A DNA stretch of 5,471 nt from Promethearchaeota archaeon (GTDB lineage: Archaea; Asgardarchaeota; Thorarchaeia; Thorarchaeales; Thorarchaeaceae), in the NCBI GenBank assembly GCA_027031765.1, contig JALVPN010000076.1:1-5471 (forward strand), written 5' to 3'. Below are positions 3,410 to 5,471 of this stretch, piece after piece (position 1 is the first letter of the stretch; every line of letters begins with the position of its first letter). The notes below the pieces were generated by a model, which was not told the origin of the DNA, searched no databases, and worked only from the letters and a program-made list of their open reading frames with translations. Made by a program: the position numbers and the translations under genes.

Positions 3410-5461
3410 CTAGATCCAGTCGCCAGTTTCGAGTTTGCGCGGGATGTACTCATCAGTGAGGAACTCAAAGGAGTGGCTGGCAAAGGCCTGGATCTCGGCC
3501 TTCTCCTTTAGCTTCAGCATCAGCCTGAGGTCCTCGACCCATGGCTTGTTCTTCTGGACGAATGGCTCCTTCAACATGTCCTTCACACGCTTGATGTCAG
3601 CAGGCTCCATCGGGATGCGGACAGCCTTCGGGATATTGTATGCGTCTAGGTCGCGGCTCAGCACGCCGAGGAGTTTCAGCTCTGGGGTGGCAATGAAGGG
3701 CGACTCGTAGCTCAGTCGTTTGCTGCCCCTCAGGAACACAGAGTAGATGTAGTGTCCGTACGGGTCAGAGTCCACCAGTGCGAAGGCCGGTATCTCAAGT
3801 TCCTTGACGAGCATCTTCAGGAACGCACGAGTGGCAATATCGCCAGACCCCTTGCCTGTGAGGACTATGCAGGGCTGACGGTTCCAGTACTTGGCCTCGG
3901 CAAGCCGCATGACCGCTGCGTCTTTCTCTGAGAGCAGGATGAACTCGGCATCGCTCTCGACAATCTCTACCTGGTCCAGGAACGGTGTGATGGCCCAGCC
4001 ACCAGTGCCCATCCGTGTGAGGTCTATCAGGTCACCGCCGTCACGGATGATCACCCGTCCCATTGCAGAGCCCCGGGCGGAAGCAACAATGTGGATGCTG
4101 TCACGTGTGGTACGCAGCATGGACGCGACGTCCTCAATGATCTTGTCGCTGTGCTTCTGCTCACGGAACAGGTTCACATCGCTGTAGAAGACCTCTCGTT
4201 TCGTGGCGTGCAGGTTCGACTTGAGCAGCTGGTAGACGATCTCCATTATCCGTGCCGTGCGCGTGGCGTCCACTACGGAACCCAGCGAGTGATAGGGCCG
4301 GGTGATCTTGCGCATGCCCAGGAGCAACAGGTCGCGCACCTCGTCCCAGACAATGTTGTCGCTCGAACGGCTGGGGATCTCAAATGCCGGGCGGCCGGTG
4401 GTCATGGCCTCGTTCAGTACTTCCATCGCTACCTCAACGAGGCGTTCCATGGTCTCTTGCCTCGTGAGGTCAACCACCTCTACTGTTTCCAGTTGCACTT
4501 CTCTGGCCGCACCGGCTGCCTTCTCGGCCTCTCGCCACTGACGCTTCATCTCCTTGGCGAGCCGGACTATGGCGTCCGGGACCGGCAGACCGGACTTCTT
4601 GCGTCGTATCTTTGCGATCTCTGTTTTTTGTAGCCTTCCAGGTGTCCTCCTTGGGGTGCTCACTGTTTCCTTCTCCGCCTCACTCTTCTTCTTCCTGCTC
4701 CTCTTGCGCCTTGCCGGAGCAGCAGTCGTTGTAGTCGTGGTCCTAGTTGTCCTGCCCCTATCCGTAGCGGTGGGGGGCCTTGTCTCGCGGGCCGCAGTCG
4801 TGCGCCTTGTCCGTTTGCGGGGCGCAGCCACTGGAGCGCCGGTCACACGTGCCACCTCCACCTCACGGATCAGGTCCCTAGCTGCGGTCACGAGAGTCGC
4901 GGCACGTGCCTCGCTGAGCCCTGAGACCTTCTGGGCCACAGTGGAGGGACGCGAGCGTGCAAGACGCGCCACCGAGTCATAGCCGGCATCCCTGAGGCGG
5001 ACTGCAAGTCTTGGACCGACCCCGGGGACGTCGGTAAGCTCAAGTGTCGGCCCTGCTGGTGGTGCCCCTCCAGCCGAGGGTGCAGCAGCCGGTTCCTCAG
5101 GCGCGGCCGGTGCTGCGGGGGTGGTCGGTGGGGGTGCAGTGGTACGGCCCGTCCGCGGGACAGCGAGCAGCTCCTTTGCAGCGGCGACAATCCGTTCCGC
5201 GCGCTTCTCGCTCAGCCCCTCGACCTTCTTGGCGAGAGTCGCCGGCCGTGCCTTTGCGACCTTTCGCACTGTCTTGTAGCCCGCCGCTACCAGTCGTTCG
5301 GCCATCTTTTTCCCGACGCCCGGGATATCGCTCACGGTGGGGGCACTGGCAGCACGCGTACTCTTCTTCGACCTCTTGCGTGGTGTGGGCCCTGCGTCAC
5401 CGACCACACTGTCTAGAGTGACCTGTACGGGTTCGGCGCTCTTCTCCTTACGCCGTGGCAT
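3410..5461 (-). CDS. top6A: DNA topoisomerase VI subunit A (Spo11 family) with a long N-terminal extension containing two HhH domains
   Basis: The C-terminal ~350 aa carry Top6A/Spo11 motifs: FEIPSRSSDNIVWDE, winged-helix TKREVFY with catalytic Tyr (codon 4184-4186), Toprim EKD (Glu 3926-3928), TGKGSGDIATRAFL, DSDPYG (DxD from 3772) and KAEIQA. One uninterrupted frame from ATG 5461 (or GTG 5467); an in-frame TGA at 5468-5470 shows the ORF is complete at its 5' end. Confidence 0.95.
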   Translation of the reverse strand: MPRRKEKSAEPVQVTLDSVVGDAGPTPRKRSKKSTRAASAPTVSDIPGVGKKMAERLVAAGYKTVRKVAKARPATLAKKVEGLSEKRAERIVAAAKELLAVPRTGRTTAPPPTTPAAPAAPEEPAAAPSAGGAPPAGPTLELTDVPGVGPRLAVRLRDAGYDSVARLARSRPSTVAQKVSGLSEARAATLVTAARDLIREVEVARVTGAPVAAPRKRTRRTTAARETRPPTATDRGRTTRTTTTTTAAPARRKRSRKKKSEAEKETVSTPRRTPGRLQKTEIAKIRRKKSGLPVPDAIVRLAKEMKRQWREAEKAAGAAREVQLETVEVVDLTRQETMERLVEVAMEVLNEAMTTGRPAFEIPSRSSDNIVWDEVRDLLLLGMRKITRPYHSLGSVVDATRTARIMEIVYQLLKSNLHATKREVFYSDVNLFREQKHSDKIIEDVASMLRTTRDSIHIVASARGSAMGRVIIRDGGDLIDLTRMGTGGWAITPFLDQVEIVESDAEFILLSEKDAAVMRLAEAKYWNRQPCIVLTGKGSGDIATRAFLKMLVKELEIPAFALVDSDPYGHYIYSVFLRGSKRLSYESPFIATPELKLLGVLSRDLDAYNIPKAVRIPMEPADIKRVKDMLKEPFVQKNKPWVEDLRLMLKLKEKAEIQAFASHSFEFLTDEYIPRKLETGDWI
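4865..5338 (-). repeat. Tandem duplicated helix-hairpin-helix modules (RadA/Rad51-NTD-like) inside Top6A
   Basis: Module 1 (about 5162-5338) VSDIPGVGKKMAERLVAAGYKTVRKVAKARPATLAKKVEGLSEKRAERIVAAAKELL and module 2 (about 4865-5041) LTDVPGVGPRLAVRLRDAGYDSVARLARSRPSTVAQKVSGLSEARAATLVTAARDLI align without gaps at a 99-aa offset; 29 of 57 residues identical by manual count. Confidence 0.9.
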
Positions 5462-5471
5462 TGTCACTCAC

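Noticed and set aside
4448-4470. Possible internal start (ATG 4450 with GAGG 9 nt upstream) giving a canonical-length Top6A isoform
   Set aside because: The SD match is only 4 nt and common in GC-rich coding DNA; it cannot be supported without proteomics.
3435-5421. Several plus-strand ORFs of 79-180 aa
   Set aside because: All are antisense to top6A and show no independent features.

Overview
GC-rich (roughly 60% by eye) archaeal chromosomal window, most consistent with an Asgard-type archaeon (inference from a Rad51-like RadA Walker A, a Spo11-like Top6A, and roadblock and Zn-ribbon/TPR-like genes). Five genes are supported: (1) radA on the minus strand running off the left edge, missed by the ORF track, with an acidic N-terminal tail and a probable ATA or GTG start; (2) a Roadblock/LC7 protein; (3) a PAP2-superfamily membrane protein; (4) a Zn-ribbon / acidic-linker / 54-aa helical-repeat protein; (5) a DNA topoisomerase VI subunit A (Spo11 family) with intact catalytic motifs and a ~330-aa N-terminal extension. 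That extension holds two tandem helix-hairpin-helix modules about 40% identical to the N-terminal domain of the RadA encoded ~4.7 kb away, plus Pro/Ala/Thr-rich and strongly basic linkers. This HhH-Top6A fusion near radA is the main candidate for an undescribed system. A ~205-nt stretch between roadblock and radA folds by eye into nested helices and may be a structured RNA. No CRISPR array, tRNA, rRNA or mobile element is evident.
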